Positions 19,228-31,153 of a stretch of 64,000 bases of DNA are shown in pieces. The stretch spans positions 192,001 to 256,000 of the forward strand of contig CAVYZN010000006.1 of assembly GCA_963773065.1 (NCBI GenBank), read 5' to 3'. Below the pieces are notes generated by a model. That model was not told the origin of the DNA. It saw only the letters and a list, made by a program, of their open reading frames with translations, and made no database searches. This DNA is from an uncultured Gammaproteobacteria bacterium. Its GTDB lineage: Bacteria > Pseudomonadota > Gammaproteobacteria > UBA9214. A program made the position numbers and the translations under genes. Within the stretch, counting starts at the first letter, position 1, and every line of letters starts with the position of its first letter.

Positions 19228-20578
19228 CCATCACTCCTTCTCGCCCATCCGCCGCCAAGTGATTTGTACAACGCGATCAAGTCAGTCGTGATCTGTCCGT
19301 CGCTGACCGCGAGCTGATCCTGCAGTGTGAACAGCGAACGTTGCGCATTCAACACGACATCAAAGCCGGAGAGACCCGACGAGTATTGGTCTTGAGCCAG
19401 TTTCGCGGCATCAGCCGCGACTTGGGCCGCATTTGCCAGGGAAGTGTGACGGTCCTGCTCCTGGCTGAAGGAGACCAGTGCATTCTCGACTTCCTCGAGC
19501 GCGGTCAGTACCGTGGACTTGTACTTTGCAATGGCTCCCTCACGAACCGCATCCTGCGCCTTGACCTTCTCGCGCACCGCGCCGTCGTCGAAAAAAAGTT
19601 GCGAGAGTGTCGCGACGTTCGTGCTCAGCGTGAGAGTCGGGTACTCCGCCGCCTTCTGGACCCCGATGCGAGCGGTTTCGGCGGCCAGTTGACGCTCCGC
19701 CCGGCGCACGTCCGGTCTCTGGCGAAGCACGTCCGCGGGCACGCCCACGGCGATGTTCGCGGGCGGCACCGGAACGGGTTGGGGCGCATCGAGTAACTCG
19801 GCGAGCGCTCCTGGAGGCTCGCCAACCAGGACCGCCAGATGATTGCGCGCCGCCTCGAGCCCGGCCTGAAGCGCGGGCAACTGGGCCCGGGTCTGTTCGA
19901 GATTGGCCCGGGCCTGTTCGCTATCGAGCGAGGTGGTCAATCCCGCCTGTGTCCTCCAACGCGCAAGTTGCAGCAGTTCAGTCTGATTCGCGACATTCTT
20001 GTTGAGTACCGCGAGCCGCGCCTGCAACGCGCGCACCTCGACATATTTTTGCGCCACCCCGGCGGCGAGACTCACCAGTACGCCATCGTACTCCGCCTGG
20101 CTCGCCTCGAATTCTCCGGTGGCGGCCTCCACGCCGCGGCGAATACCCCCAAACAGATCAATCTCCCACCTGACATCCAGTCCTGCCTGAATGCCGGAAG
20201 TCGGGTTTGTCCCCGCCGTGTTCGTGTTGAGGCTTTCCAGCGAAGAGACGTAGGCCACGCCGCCGCGCACGGTAGGGTAAAAAGCGGCACGTGCCACCTC
20301 GCGCTGAGCGCTTGCCTGCATTATCCGTTGTTTCGCCTGCGCCAGGTCGAGATTGCCGTTGACGGCGCGCTCCTCCAGGGCGGTCAGCGTTGGATCATCC
20401 AGCACGGACCACCAGTTGGCGAGCGCTTGCGGATCAACGGGCGCCGGGTTAATCCCTGATCGAGAGGTTCATGCCAGGAGGCGGGCGTGGACAGCTCAGG
20501 TCGCACGTAGTCGGGTCCGACGGACGCACAGCCCGCTGCGATCAGGGGCACTGTGGTAAGCCACAAAGTGACCTTCAT
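19224..20578 (-). CDS. outer-membrane efflux lipoprotein (NodT/TolC family; frameshift ~20450)
   Basis: lipobox AAGC followed by ASVGPDY; WEIDLFG, PADVLRQRPDVRRAE, LYKSLGGGW. Confidence 0.9.
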
Positions 20579-21107
20579 AACTCGTGCCTTCCCGGGTAGT
20601 GCGCGACTTCGCTTATGGCAAAAACGGAACGACTGCACCCTCCCGTCGCGTCAGCGGGTCACTGATCATCCCGGCTCAGGTCGCTTCATGGTGGGCTCCG
20701 TCTGCCGGTTCACCTTCGGTTCCAGCCGTTCCATCGAGCGCGATATCGGCCGCCGCCCCGGACTCGGATCGTCAGGAAATGCGTTAAGGATGGCGGTGAG
20801 GGAATTGAACCTGCTGGATACTGCCGCTTCCGCCGCTCCATCGAGAGCCGATAAAAAGGGAACAATGTCCCACGGAGTGGGCACCGGCACTTCCCTCATC
20901 CGCCATGACTCTTGTCCGATCCAGTCAATCAGATTGGATGCGGGGGTTTTTAGTTCCGGTGCCGCGCGAAAAAATCTTGCGGCCAAGAACCGCACACTCT
21001 ACGCGGAGCGTTACACGATTCATGCCTTTGCCGAGGCTGCGCAAATAATTCTTCCTTGATAATGCCTTACGGGTTCCTCGCGTTAACCGGCGTGGTAGAA
21101 GTGCGGG

Positions 21108-22179
21108 CTAGAACAGCGGCAATTGGCCCTCACCAGGCGGCGTGAAGTGCATGCAGTCCAGCATCGGGCACCGCCGTGTAGCCGAGCCGCGCATGGGCCA
21201 GCCGGAAACGCTTGCGCAGAAGTTCGGCGTAGACGCCCGTGCCGCGCATGCGCGCGCCGAAGCGGGCGTCGTAATCCTTGCCGCCGCGGCAGTCGCGCAA
21301 CCGGTTCATGACATGGTCGGCCTGGAGCGGCGCATGCGTCTTGAGCCAGTCGCGGAACATCTCCTTCAGCTCATGCGGCAGGCGCAGCAGGATGTAGCCG
21401 GCGGCGCACGCCCCGCTCGCGCGCGCCGTCTCGAGCAGTGTTTCGAGTTCTGCGTCCGTTAGCACCGGGATGAGCGGCGCGACGAGCACGGTGACGGGGA
21501 TGCCCGCTTCGGACAGGGCGCGAATGGTGTCGAGGCGGCGCGCCGGCGCCGTGGCGCGCGGCTCCAGACGTCTCGCCAGCGCGCCGTCCAGGGTGGTGAG
21601 CGAGACGCACACGCTGGCCTGCCGGCGCGCCGCGGCCGGGGCGATCAGGTCGATGTCGCGCTCGATCAGGGCCGACTTGGTGACGATCGAAAACGGATGC
21701 CGCGTCTCCACCAGCACCTCGAGGATGGCGCGCGTCAGGCCCAGTTTGCGCTCGCACGGCTGGTAGGCATCGGTGTTGATGCCGACCGCGATGGGGGCGC
21801 AATGATAACCACGCGCGGCCAGTTCGCGCTTAAGCTGGGCGGGGGCATCCGGTTTGTAGAACAGCTTCGTTTCGAAATCGAGACCGGGCGAGAGCCCGAG
21901 CCAGGCGTGCGTGGGCCGCGCGAAGCAGTACGCGCAGCCATGCTCGCAGCCGCGGTAGGGATTGATGGAACGGTCGAAGCCGACGTCCGGTGAATCGTTG
22001 TAGGCGATCACCGTGCGGCTGGTGTCGATGGAGAGCGTGGTCGCCGGCGCCGGCAGCGGCGCATCGAGGTTGCCCCAGCCGTCGTCGATGTCCTCGCGCG
22101 CGGTGTCCGCGTAGCGGTTGGCCGGGTTCAGCGTGGCGCCGCGGCCCTTGTGGACATGAGGGGGAAATTTGGCGTTCAT
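21108..22179 (-). CDS. PA0069-family radical SAM protein (SplB-like; frameshift near C-terminus)
   Basis: SINPYRGCEHGCAYCFARPTH, NTDAYQP; terminal GQLPLF* in a shifted frame ending 21108. Confidence 0.9.
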
Positions 22180-22370
22180 GATGAGGATGATTGTAAACCA
22201 TACCTGGCATGGGCGCCGGAAGCTCCTCTCGGCAGATCCCGCGCCAGCCTGCCAGAGATGACGCATAAACTGTTGCACGACATATTCAACACAAGAAAGA
22301 TCGTCGCAAAATATCCAAAGCCAAGGTAGGATAAAAACTAAATTTGCTGCGCAAGAAACAACCCAATTAT

Positions 22371-22386
22371 TGTGAACGGGTTCACA
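22371..22386. promoter_or_regulatory. CRP-family binding site
   Basis: perfect TGTGA-N6-TCACA (TGTGAACGGGTTCACA) with AT-rich flanks, ~100 bp upstream of ATG 22484. Confidence 0.7.
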
Positions 22387-22483
22387 TTTTTTATGAAATG
22401 CCGTGCGGCTTTACATTGAAAGCCGTTAAATGCAATTTCATTTCATATTTTTTCACTTGGTATTACACGATGAGGACACGACC

Positions 22484-23182
22484 ATGAACAAAAGCCTAAT
22501 TTACGCCAGCATCTGTTTATGCGTAGGCGGTTTAGTCTTGAGCAACGCGGCATCGGCTAAAAATAATATTAATTCCAGTTGTCCAAATGCTGATGTTGTT
22601 TTAAGCAAACAATTCCCGAATTTCGATCTTGACCACGGGTGCGCCTATAACACTGCCGACGCTTGTGATCCGGATTTTTCAAATATCGTAGATGATCCGG
22701 TTAATGGCCTGGTCATCGCCGGCAGCAATGGCAAGAACATCATTCACGGCTCCAGCGGCCCCGATACGATTTGTGGCGGGAATGGCAGTGATGAAATCTA
22801 TGGCGAAGACGGTGATGATTTGATTTACGGCGATAATGGCAAAGACTCGTTATTCGGCGGCCTGGGCAACGATGAATTGCACGGCGGTAACGGCAAGGAT
22901 CATCTGTCAGGTTATGATGACGATCATAATGGAGACACAGGCTATGCGGCCGACGTAGATGATGACTCTCTTTATGGTGAGAATGGCAAGGACGATATGA
23001 CCGGCGGCCCGGGGGATGACTCACTAAACGGCGGCAATGGCAAGGACACTATGGATGGTGGCGATGGCGCTGATGATGTCATAGGCGACAGAGGCAAAGA
23101 TAGTTGCGTGGATAACGATGACGATACGGTTACTAACGACTGCGCAGCAACGGAACTCGAGGATGGGCCGAATCACCACTAA
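22484..23182 (+). CDS. secreted RTX/hemolysin-type Ca2+-binding repeat protein
   Basis: signal peptide ending AASA; many G(G/D/E)xGxD nonapeptides; lower GC than flanks. Confidence 0.85.
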   Translation: MNKSLIYASICLCVGGLVLSNAASAKNNINSSCPNADVVLSKQFPNFDLDHGCAYNTADACDPDFSNIVDDPVNGLVIAGSNGKNIIHGSSGPDTICGGNGSDEIYGEDGDDLIYGDNGKDSLFGGLGNDELHGGNGKDHLSGYDDDHNGDTGYAADVDDDSLYGENGKDDMTGGPGDDSLNGGNGKDTMDGGDGADDVIGDRGKDSCVDNDDDTVTNDCAATELEDGPNHH

Positions 23183-23250
23183 ATTATCCGGCTGATTTAT
23201 TGTTACGAGTATCTCGCAAGCACTAACGGTGAGCCATTCAACGTTCACCA

Positions 23251-23278
23251 GCAGGTAGCCGCTGATGCGGCTACCTGC
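23251..23278. terminator. hairpin between convergent genes
   Basis: GCAGGTAGCCGC-TGAT-GCGGCTACCTGC perfect 12-bp stem. Confidence 0.7.
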
Positions 23279-23514
23279 TACCTATCAAAATAAGTTTAAC
23301 CCGCTGGACAGAATTCCATCCCTGGCCGACAGCCTGGATGACGCCAGCAACTGTAGAAGGTTGAGCTGAGTTCGCGAAGTCCGATAGATTGTTCCACAAT
23401 CTGGACCGGATCAACGCTTGTGCGGGTAAGACGGCTGGCGCTTCAAAAATCTCATCGGGTGTCGATGCGGGCCTCGACCCGTGATTCTGGCTATCGCCCG
23501 CGGCTGCTCTCCGC

Positions 23515-25653
23515 TCAGCGCTGCTTCTTCATCAGGTGCAGCAGGGTCGCGGAGCGGGCCTGCAGCAAATAGTGTTCGCCGGTGTTGAAGGTCCGGTGGT
23601 CCGGGCGCTTGCCGTCCATGAAACAGGTATCCACTTCCACCCCCCAGCGGGCGATGCCCACCTGTTCGGGCATGCGAAACGGGATCGCCTCGGAGTGGGC
23701 GTTCAACAGCAGCAGGAAGGTGTCGTCGTGTATGGCGCCGCCGTGTTCGTCCTGTTCCTCGATGGCATCGCCGTGCAGGAGCAGACCCAGGCAGCGCGCG
23801 TGATGATGGCTCCACTCCTTGTCGGTCATTTCCTTGCCGTTCGGCGTCAGCCAGGAAATGTCCTTGACGTTGGCGCCCATGATGCGGCGGCCCTGAAAGA
23901 AATGGCGCCGGCGAAACACCGGATGATCCTTTCTCAGCCGGATAATCCTGCGGCAGAATTCCAGCAACTCCCGCTCGTGCTTGCCGATGTTCCAGTTGAG
24001 CCAACTGATTTCGTTGTCCTGGCAATAGGTGTTGTTGTTGCCGCTCTTGGTGCATCCCATCTCGTCGCCGGCAAGCAGCATGGGCACGCCCTGCGAGAGC
24101 AGCAGGGTGGTGAGAAAATTGCGCTTCTGCTGTTCACGCGCGTTGATGATATTGAGGTTGGTCGTCGGGCCCTCGACGCCCATGTTCCAGCTCAGGTTGT
24201 TGTTCTCTCCGTCACGGCTCTCCTCCAGGTTTTCCAGGTTGTGCTTGTCGTTGTAACTCACCAGGTCCTGCAGCGTGAAGCCGTCGTGACAGGTCACGAA
24301 ATTGATGCTGGCGTAGGGGCGGCGCCCGCTGTGGGCGTAGAGATCGCTGGAACCGGTGATGCGGTAGGCCAGTTCGCCGATCAGGCTGCCCTCGCCTTTC
24401 CAGTAGGCGCGCAGCGCATCGCGGTAACGGCTGTTCCACTCGGTCCAGCCGATGGGGAAGTTGCCGATCTGATAGCCGCCCTCGCCCAGGTCCCAGGGCT
24501 CGGCGATCAGCTTCGTCCGGGACAGCACCGGATCCTGGTGGATGATGTCCAGAAACGCGCTGTAGCGGTCGACGGCATGGACCTCGCGCGCGAGCGTGGG
24601 CGCCAGATCGAAGCGGAAGCCGTCGACGTGCATCTCCTGCACCCAGTAGCGCAGGCTGTCCGTGATCAGTTGCAGCACCCGCGGATGCATCATGTTGAGG
24701 CTGTTGCCGCAGCCGGTGTAGTCCGTGTAGTAGCGCCGGTTTTCGCCGACCAGCCGGTAATAGGCGGCGTTATCGATGCCGCGAAAACACAGGGTGGGAC
24801 CCAGGTGGTTGCCCTCCGCGGTATGGTTGTAGACCACATCCAGGATGACCTCGATGCCGTTGGAGTGCAGCCGTTTCACCATCGTCTTGAACTCGCCGAC
24901 CTCCCCCGTGGCCGAATAGGCGGCGTGCGGCGCGAAGTAGCCGATGCTGTTGTAGCCCCAGTAGTTGCTGAGGCCGTGCTCGACCAGGTGCCGGTCGTTG
25001 ATGAAGGTATGCACGGGCATGAGTTCCACGGCCGTTACACCCAGGCGCTTGAAGTGCTCTATCACGGGTTCCGTGGCCAGGCCGGCATAGGTGCCGCGAT
25101 ACGGCAGGGGCACCTGCGGATGCTCTATGGTGAACCCTTTGACGTGCAGCTCGTAGATGATGGTCTCATGCCAGGGCGTATGCAGCGGCCGGTCATCGCC
25201 CCAGGTGAAAGCGCTATCGATCACCCGGGATTTCGGCACGCCATGGGCGCTGTTGCGCGGATCGGGCAGCAGATCCGCGGCCTTGTCGCCGATGGTGTAG
25301 CCGAACAGCGCATCGTTCCAGCGCACCGGGCCGGCGATGTCCCTGGCGTAGGGGTCGAGCAGCAGTTTGTTGGGATTGAAACGGTGGCCGTTGCCGGGGT
25401 CGTAGGGGCCATACACGCGGTAACCGTAGAGCTGACCGGGCCGCGCCTCCGGGAGGTAGCAATGCCAGACCTGATCGGTTTGCCACTGCATGGCGATGCG
25501 CGTGATTTCGCGCCGGCCCCGGGCATCGAAAAGACACAGCTCGACTCTTTCCGCGTGCTCGGAAAACAGGGCGAAGTTGACGCCTTCGCCATCCCAGGTG
25601 GCGCCGAGCGGATAGGCATTGCCGGGCCAGACGGCGATTGAAGCTGCGTTCAT
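23515..25653 (-). CDS. glgX: glycogen debranching enzyme
   Basis: YPLGATWDG, NYWGYNS, DVVYNHT, DGFRFDLA, EPWD, CHDGFTL. Confidence 0.97.
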   Translation of the reverse strand: MNAASIAVWPGNAYPLGATWDGEGVNFALFSEHAERVELCLFDARGRREITRIAMQWQTDQVWHCYLPEARPGQLYGYRVYGPYDPGNGHRFNPNKLLLDPYARDIAGPVRWNDALFGYTIGDKAADLLPDPRNSAHGVPKSRVIDSAFTWGDDRPLHTPWHETIIYELHVKGFTIEHPQVPLPYRGTYAGLATEPVIEHFKRLGVTAVELMPVHTFINDRHLVEHGLSNYWGYNSIGYFAPHAAYSATGEVGEFKTMVKRLHSNGIEVILDVVYNHTAEGNHLGPTLCFRGIDNAAYYRLVGENRRYYTDYTGCGNSLNMMHPRVLQLITDSLRYWVQEMHVDGFRFDLAPTLAREVHAVDRYSAFLDIIHQDPVLSRTKLIAEPWDLGEGGYQIGNFPIGWTEWNSRYRDALRAYWKGEGSLIGELAYRITGSSDLYAHSGRRPYASINFVTCHDGFTLQDLVSYNDKHNLENLEESRDGENNNLSWNMGVEGPTTNLNIINAREQQKRNFLTTLLLSQGVPMLLAGDEMGCTKSGNNNTYCQDNEISWLNWNIGKHERELLEFCRRIIRLRKDHPVFRRRHFFQGRRIMGANVKDISWLTPNGKEMTDKEWSHHHARCLGLLLHGDAIEEQDEHGGAIHDDTFLLLLNAHSEAIPFRMPEQVGIARWGVEVDTCFMDGKRPDHRTFNTGEHYLLQARSATLLHLMKKQR

Positions 25654-25656
25654 CCC

Positions 25657-27831
25657 CTATTTCAGTTGCAGGACGATACCGGCCAGTGGCGGCAGGGTGA
25701 GGCTGAGCGAGTGCGTCCGGTTCATCCAGGGCAGCGCCTCGGCGATCAGTGGATGGTCGCCATTGCCGAGATTGCCGCCGGCGTAAAACCCCGAGTCGGA
25801 ATTGAAGATCTCCCGGTATTCGCCCGCCTGCGGAACGCCGATGCGATAGCCGGTGCGCGGAACGGGCGTCAGGTTGATGACCACGATCACGAATTCATCG
25901 TCGGATCGGCGCAGAAAACTCAGCACCGAGTTTTCCGAGTCATGGCAGTCGATCCACTCGAACCCGCGCCAGTCGAATTCATAGCGATACAGCGCGGGGG
26001 TCCGCTGATAGAGCCGGTTGAGATCCTTGACCAGGAGCTGTACGCCCTGATGGAACGGGTAATCCAGAACGTACCAATCCAGCACCTGGGTGTTGTTCCA
26101 CTCCTGTCCCTGTCCGAACTCCGTTCCCATGAACAGCAGTTTCTTCCCCGGGTGGCAGAACATATAGGTATAGAGCACGCGCAGGTTGGCGAAGCGCTGC
26201 CATTCATCGCCGGGCATCTTGTTCAGCATCGACTGCTTGCCGTGCACCACCTCGTCATGCGAGAACGGCAGCAGGAAGTTTTCCGTAAAGCAATAGAGCA
26301 TGCTGAAGGTCAGCAGATCCTGGTGGTAATGCCGGTGTATCGGATTCTTGCTCATGTAGGTCAGCGTGTCATTCATCCACCCCATATTCCATTTCATGTC
26401 GAAGCCGAGGCCGCCGGTCCAGGTGGGGCGGCTCACCTGCGGCCAGGAGGTCGATTCTTCCGCTATCATCAGCGTGCCGGGGTGTTCCTCATGGACCGCG
26501 ATGTTGAGTTCGCGCAGAAAATCCAGCGCCTCCAGGTTCTCGCGCCCGCCATACTGGTTGGGAAGCCATTCGCCTTCCTTGCGGGAATAGTCCAGATACA
26601 GCATCGAGGCCACGGCGTCGACGCGCAGGCCGTCGATGTGCATTTCCTCCAGCCAGAAGAGCGCGCTGGAGAGGAGGAAATTCTTCACCTCGTTGCGGCC
26701 GTAATTGTAGATCAGCGTCGACCAGTCGAGGTGTTCGCCGCGGCGCGGGTCGGCGTGTTCATACAGGGGGGTGCCGTCGAAACGCGCCAGGCCGTGGGCG
26801 TCCTTGGGGAAATGCGCCGGCACCCAGTCGAGCAGCACGCCGATGCCGTGCTGATGGCAAACATCCACGAAAAAACGGAAGTCATCGGGGCTCCCGTAAC
26901 GGCTGGTCGGCGCGAAATAACCGGTCGACTGATAACCCCAGGACGGATCGTAGGGATGTTCGGTGATGGGCAGCAGTTCGATGTAGGTGAAGCCCAGATC
27001 CTTCATGTACGGGACGAGTCTCCCGGCGAGTTGCCGGTAGTTGAGGAATTCCCCTTCCGGTCCGCGCTGCCAGGACCCCAGGTGCAACTCATAGACCGAC
27101 ATCGGGGCGTGCTGCCAGTCCACCGATGGCAGGCGTTCCATCCAGGCAAGGTCCCCCCAGGCATAGGAGGAACATTCGGATATGATCGAAGCGGTTTTTG
27201 GGCGCAGCTCGAAGGCCTGTGCATAGGGGTCGGCCTTGGTGATGATTTCGCCGCTGTGGCGGTTGCGGATCTCGTATTTGTACAGGCATCCCGGCGCGAG
27301 TTCCGGGATGAACAGCTCCCACACGCCGCTGCCGCCGCGCACGCGCATCGGGTGCCGGCGCCCGTCCCAGCGATTGAAATCGCCGATGACGCTGACGCGT
27401 TCCGCATTCGGCGCCCAGACGGCGAACAGTATGCCGGCGACTCCGCCGACCTCGTGCGGATGCGCGCCCATGAAGCGGTAAGCATGGCGGTGTCTGCCTT
27501 CCCCGAAGAGATGCAGGTCGAAATCGGTGAGCTGGGGCGGGAAGCTGTAGGGGTCGTGGGCGATATGTTCCCGGTGGCCGCTGTCCCGCCAGATCAGCCG
27601 GTAGTGATCGGGCACGGTGCCGGAGGCGCCGCGCCATTCGAACAGGTCGGTGTCGGGTATGCGCTCCAGAGGCAGGTTACCCTCGGCGATGGCGACTTCG
27701 GCCACATCCGGGAGATGGACCCTGACCAGGTCCTCGCCGTTCTCCGCGTGCTTGCCGAGCACGGCGAACGGGTCGTGGTGGCGAGCCTTGGTAATCCGTT
27801 CAAGCTCGGCCTGGAGGTCGTTTCTGTGCAT
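25657..27831 (-). CDS. glgB: 1,4-alpha-glucan branching enzyme
   Basis: [46 protein letters not shown]. Confidence 0.97.
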   Translation of the reverse strand: MHRNDLQAELERITKARHHDPFAVLGKHAENGEDLVRVHLPDVAEVAIAEGNLPLERIPDTDLFEWRGASGTVPDHYRLIWRDSGHREHIAHDPYSFPPQLTDFDLHLFGEGRHRHAYRFMGAHPHEVGGVAGILFAVWAPNAERVSVIGDFNRWDGRRHPMRVRGGSGVWELFIPELAPGCLYKYEIRNRHSGEIITKADPYAQAFELRPKTASIISECSSYAWGDLAWMERLPSVDWQHAPMSVYELHLGSWQRGPEGEFLNYRQLAGRLVPYMKDLGFTYIELLPITEHPYDPSWGYQSTGYFAPTSRYGSPDDFRFFVDVCHQHGIGVLLDWVPAHFPKDAHGLARFDGTPLYEHADPRRGEHLDWSTLIYNYGRNEVKNFLLSSALFWLEEMHIDGLRVDAVASMLYLDYSRKEGEWLPNQYGGRENLEALDFLRELNIAVHEEHPGTLMIAEESTSWPQVSRPTWTGGLGFDMKWNMGWMNDTLTYMSKNPIHRHYHQDLLTFSMLYCFTENFLLPFSHDEVVHGKQSMLNKMPGDEWQRFANLRVLYTYMFCHPGKKLLFMGTEFGQGQEWNNTQVLDWYVLDYPFHQGVQLLVKDLNRLYQRTPALYRYEFDWRGFEWIDCHDSENSVLSFLRRSDDEFVIVVINLTPVPRTGYRIGVPQAGEYREIFNSDSGFYAGGNLGNGDHPLIAEALPWMNRTHSLSLTLPPLAGIVLQLK

Positions 27832-28020
27832 GGGGGGCCCTCGCGTGCATTTCCGGTTGTTTATCGGGGGCACATTCTACACATTTGCGCCGACAGGGTC
27901 AGGTTTTGCAATGCGGCAGGGTTCGATCCTGCCGGAGCGCAACAGTCTCGGCGCAGGCGCCTTGCTTACGGACGAAGCGCTCGATCAGGCGCCGGCGCTG
28001 CGCCGGCGGACCAGGCAGGT

Positions 28021-28233
28021 TCAGATCTGTGAACGCGGCTGCTTTTCTTGGCTCGTGAGTGGCTTACTTTCCTTGTTCTCGTCGTGGCGGGGGATGCCCC
28101 GGAGGCGCCGCTTGCATTGAATCCAGTCTCCCGTCAGACACTCCGTCTTGCGGCAGTCGAACTCACAAACGGCGATTTCCTCCGGCACCTCGGCGGCATG
28201 GCTTATCAGCCATTGCAGCATTTTATCAAACAT
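28021..28233 (-). CDS. small cysteine-rich hypothetical protein
   Basis: GAGGGGG RBS; CEFDCRKTEC...WIQC four-Cys pattern. Confidence 0.55.
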   Translation of the reverse strand: MFDKMLQWLISHAAEVPEEIAVCEFDCRKTECLTGDWIQCKRRLRGIPRHDENKESKPLTSQEKQPRSQI

Positions 28234-28355
28234 AGCGATATCCCCCTCTCTGCCGAGCCGCATCACGGCACGATACCCGGCACCCGTATTATTAGTTCAT
28301 CATACCTGTTAGATTTTAGTACATACGCCGGCATAATCCCGCCGTGTCCTTGCCG

Positions 28356-31040
28356 CTACGCCAGATGCTTCCTCAGGAACACCACCTCGTCCTCGCGCCG
28401 GATCACGCTGTCGAAGCCGCGCTTGTAGAACAAGGACAACATACGCATGTTCTCCGGGTCGGTCTCGGCGACGACTTCGGCTATACCCCAGCGGGCGGCA
28501 AGTTCCAGACAGTAATCCAGCAGCAGGGCGCCCACCCCCTTTCCTTGCCAGGGATCGGGCACGATGACCGCGTACTCGGCCGTTTCATGGTTCAGATCGG
28601 TGATCAGTTGCGCGACGCCGATCAGGCGGCGCTCATTGCCCACCCGGGTCTCCACGACCAACGCCAGTTCGCGTTCATAATCGATCACGCAATGCTTGAC
28701 CGCAAGCTGATGGCTGGTCTGCTTGAAGAGCGAGCGGAAACGGAAACGGATGGATTCGGGCGATGAACTGGCGATCAATTCGCGCCAGAGCGGTTCATCC
28801 TCGGGGCGGATCGGCCGCAGGGTAACCTGGGTGCCGTCGCGCAGCCGCGGCCGGCGCATGTACTGCTCCGGATAGGGCCGTATCGCCAGGTGTTCGTACG
28901 GCTCGCACGAGTCCTGACAGGCATCCGTATCGAGCACCGCCGCGGCGTCGAGCGCGACCACGCCCTCGGGTGTCGCGAGCAGCGGGTTGACATCGAATTC
29001 CCGGATCTCGGGGTAATCGGCGATCAGACAGGAGAAGCGGATCATCACCTCGATAAGGTGGTCGATGTTCACGGCAGGGCGGCCGCGATAGCCCTCCAGT
29101 ATCGGCCGGCAGCGCAAGGCTTCAACCATGTTGCGCGCCAGGCGCTCGTTGAGAGGCGGCAGCCCGAGGGCATGGTCGGAATAGACCTCGGTCGCGACGC
29201 CGCCGAGGCCGACCATGATGACCGGACCGAAGGTTGGATCCTTGCTCGCGCCGAGGATCATTTCCAGCCCGTCCTTGGGACACATCATGCGCTGCAGTGT
29301 CACCCCGTCCACGCGCCCGGCGAGCTTGTGGCCGCGCACCCGCTGCAGCATGGTTTCATAGGCGTCGCGCACGGCATGCGCATCCTTGAGGTCCAGCGCC
29401 ACGCCGCCGATGTCGATTTTGTGCAGGATCTCGGGGGAACGCAGTTTAAGCACCACGGGATAGCCGATCTGCCCGGCGGCTGTAACCGCCTCATCGGCGC
29501 TGTGCGCGATGAAGGTATCGCACACGGGTATGTCATAGGCCTTCAACAGGTGCTTGGCCTCGTTCTCCGACAGGGAGCCGCGCTGCCGCATGCAGGCGTG
29601 GAATCGTTTCGAGATCTTTTTCCGATGCATCGTGAAACGGATCGGCAGCTCGCGCGGCGTCTCGTACAGGCTCTCCAGATTGCGGGCATAGGTCACCAGA
29701 TGCAGGAACCCACGGATGGCCTGTTCGGGGGTGGCGTGCGCCGGCACGCCGGCGTGGTTCAGATAACGGATATCCTTTCTCGCCCTGGCGCCGCCCATCC
29801 AGGCGGCAAACAGCGGCTTGCGGCCATGTTCAGCCGCCTGGACCACGACCTCGGCCACGGTCCGTGAGTCGACGCCCGGCTGACTGGCGCAGATCACCAG
29901 GATGGCGTCGATGCCGGGGTCCTGCTGCACGATATCCAGGGCCGCGGCAAACCGTTCCGCGCCGGCGGCATCCAGCAGGTCGACCGGATTGCCGTGCGAC
30001 CAGTTCTCGGGCAGGACCTGATTCAACCGCGCCACGGTCTCATCGCTCAGACCCGCCAGGTGTCCCCGGTGCGAGAGCAGCGCGTCGGCGGCAATGATCG
30101 CGGGCCCGCCGGCATTGCCGATGATCGCCAGTCTGGATCCTTCCGGCAGGCGCTGGGATGCCAGGATCTCGGCGACATCGAATATGTCATCGAGTTCCGA
30201 GACCCGCACGACCCCGGCGCGCTCGAACACCGCGCTATAGACGGCATCTTCGCCGGCGATGGTGCCGGTATGGGAGAGCGCGGCCCGGGCCGATCCCTCG
30301 AAGCGGCCTGATTTATAGGCGACTATCGGTTTGGAGCACGCGAACGAGCGCGCCGCCGACATGAAGCGGCGCGCGTGCCGTATCGACTGGATGTAGAGAA
30401 TGATGGCCTTGGTATTCGGGTCGGTTCTCAGATAATCGATCAGGTCGCCATAATCGACATCGAGATTGTTGCCCAGCGAGGCGAACAGTGAAAATCCGAT
30501 ACCCGCATCCGACGCCCAATCCAGCACCGCATTGGAAAGCGAATGGGACTGGGAGATGAATGCCAGATGTCCGGGCTTGGCGGTGGCCACCGCCTGGCTG
30601 GCATTGAGTCCGATCTCCGGAACGATGATGCCGAGCGAGTTCGGTCCGATGATGCGCATGTGTTCAAACCGGCGGGCGGCTTCGGCAATTTGCTCTTCCA
30701 GCGCTCTGCCAGGCGCATCCGCTTCGCTGAATCCGCTGGAAAGTATGACCACCCCCATGATGCCCGCCGCACCGCACTCTTGTACGACCCGGGGGACATC
30801 CCGCGCCGGCGCGCAGATGACCGCCAGGTCCGGGGTTTTGGGCAGACTGGCGAGATCCGGATAGGTAGGAACGCCGCCGACCGACTCGACGTTGAAGCTG
30901 ACCGGGTAAACGATGCCGCTAAAGCCTCCGCCGAGAAGATTCGACAGCACCCGTTTGCCGGTATCCGCCGGGCCATCGTCGATCCCGATCAGGACCACCC
31001 GTCGCGGTTTGAATATCTTCTCAAGGTTACGAATGCTCAC
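28356..31040 (-). CDS. bifunctional acyl-CoA ligase-like / GNAT protein lysine acetyltransferase (Pat/YfiQ family)
   Basis: CoA-binding, succinyl-CoA-ligase-like, ATP-grasp domains plus C-terminal GNAT (IRPYP, IDYERE, WQGKGVG). Confidence 0.92.
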   Translation of the reverse strand: MSIRNLEKIFKPRRVVLIGIDDGPADTGKRVLSNLLGGGFSGIVYPVSFNVESVGGVPTYPDLASLPKTPDLAVICAPARDVPRVVQECGAAGIMGVVILSSGFSEADAPGRALEEQIAEAARRFEHMRIIGPNSLGIIVPEIGLNASQAVATAKPGHLAFISQSHSLSNAVLDWASDAGIGFSLFASLGNNLDVDYGDLIDYLRTDPNTKAIILYIQSIRHARRFMSAARSFACSKPIVAYKSGRFEGSARAALSHTGTIAGEDAVYSAVFERAGVVRVSELDDIFDVAEILASQRLPEGSRLAIIGNAGGPAIIAADALLSHRGHLAGLSDETVARLNQVLPENWSHGNPVDLLDAAGAERFAAALDIVQQDPGIDAILVICASQPGVDSRTVAEVVVQAAEHGRKPLFAAWMGGARARKDIRYLNHAGVPAHATPEQAIRGFLHLVTYARNLESLYETPRELPIRFTMHRKKISKRFHACMRQRGSLSENEAKHLLKAYDIPVCDTFIAHSADEAVTAAGQIGYPVVLKLRSPEILHKIDIGGVALDLKDAHAVRDAYETMLQRVRGHKLAGRVDGVTLQRMMCPKDGLEMILGASKDPTFGPVIMVGLGGVATEVYSDHALGLPPLNERLARNMVEALRCRPILEGYRGRPAVNIDHLIEVMIRFSCLIADYPEIREFDVNPLLATPEGVVALDAAAVLDTDACQDSCEPYEHLAIRPYPEQYMRRPRLRDGTQVTLRPIRPEDEPLWRELIASSSPESIRFRFRSLFKQTSHQLAVKHCVIDYERELALVVETRVGNERRLIGVAQLITDLNHETAEYAVIVPDPWQGKGVGALLLDYCLELAARWGIAEVVAETDPENMRMLSLFYKRGFDSVIRREDEVVFLRKHLA

Positions 31041-31153
31041 GACCGTTTATCCGTCTGCGGGTTTGGCCCGGTACCGGTCGGATCGATGGTAGTACCGATA
31101 TCCGGTGAAGTCCATCCACGGTCCGACGGGTGCGGCAGCCGCCGCCGCGGGCG

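Noticed and set aside
20666-20995. 109-aa ORF upstream of the efflux operon
   Set aside because: No motif or convincing RBS; may be regulatory DNA.
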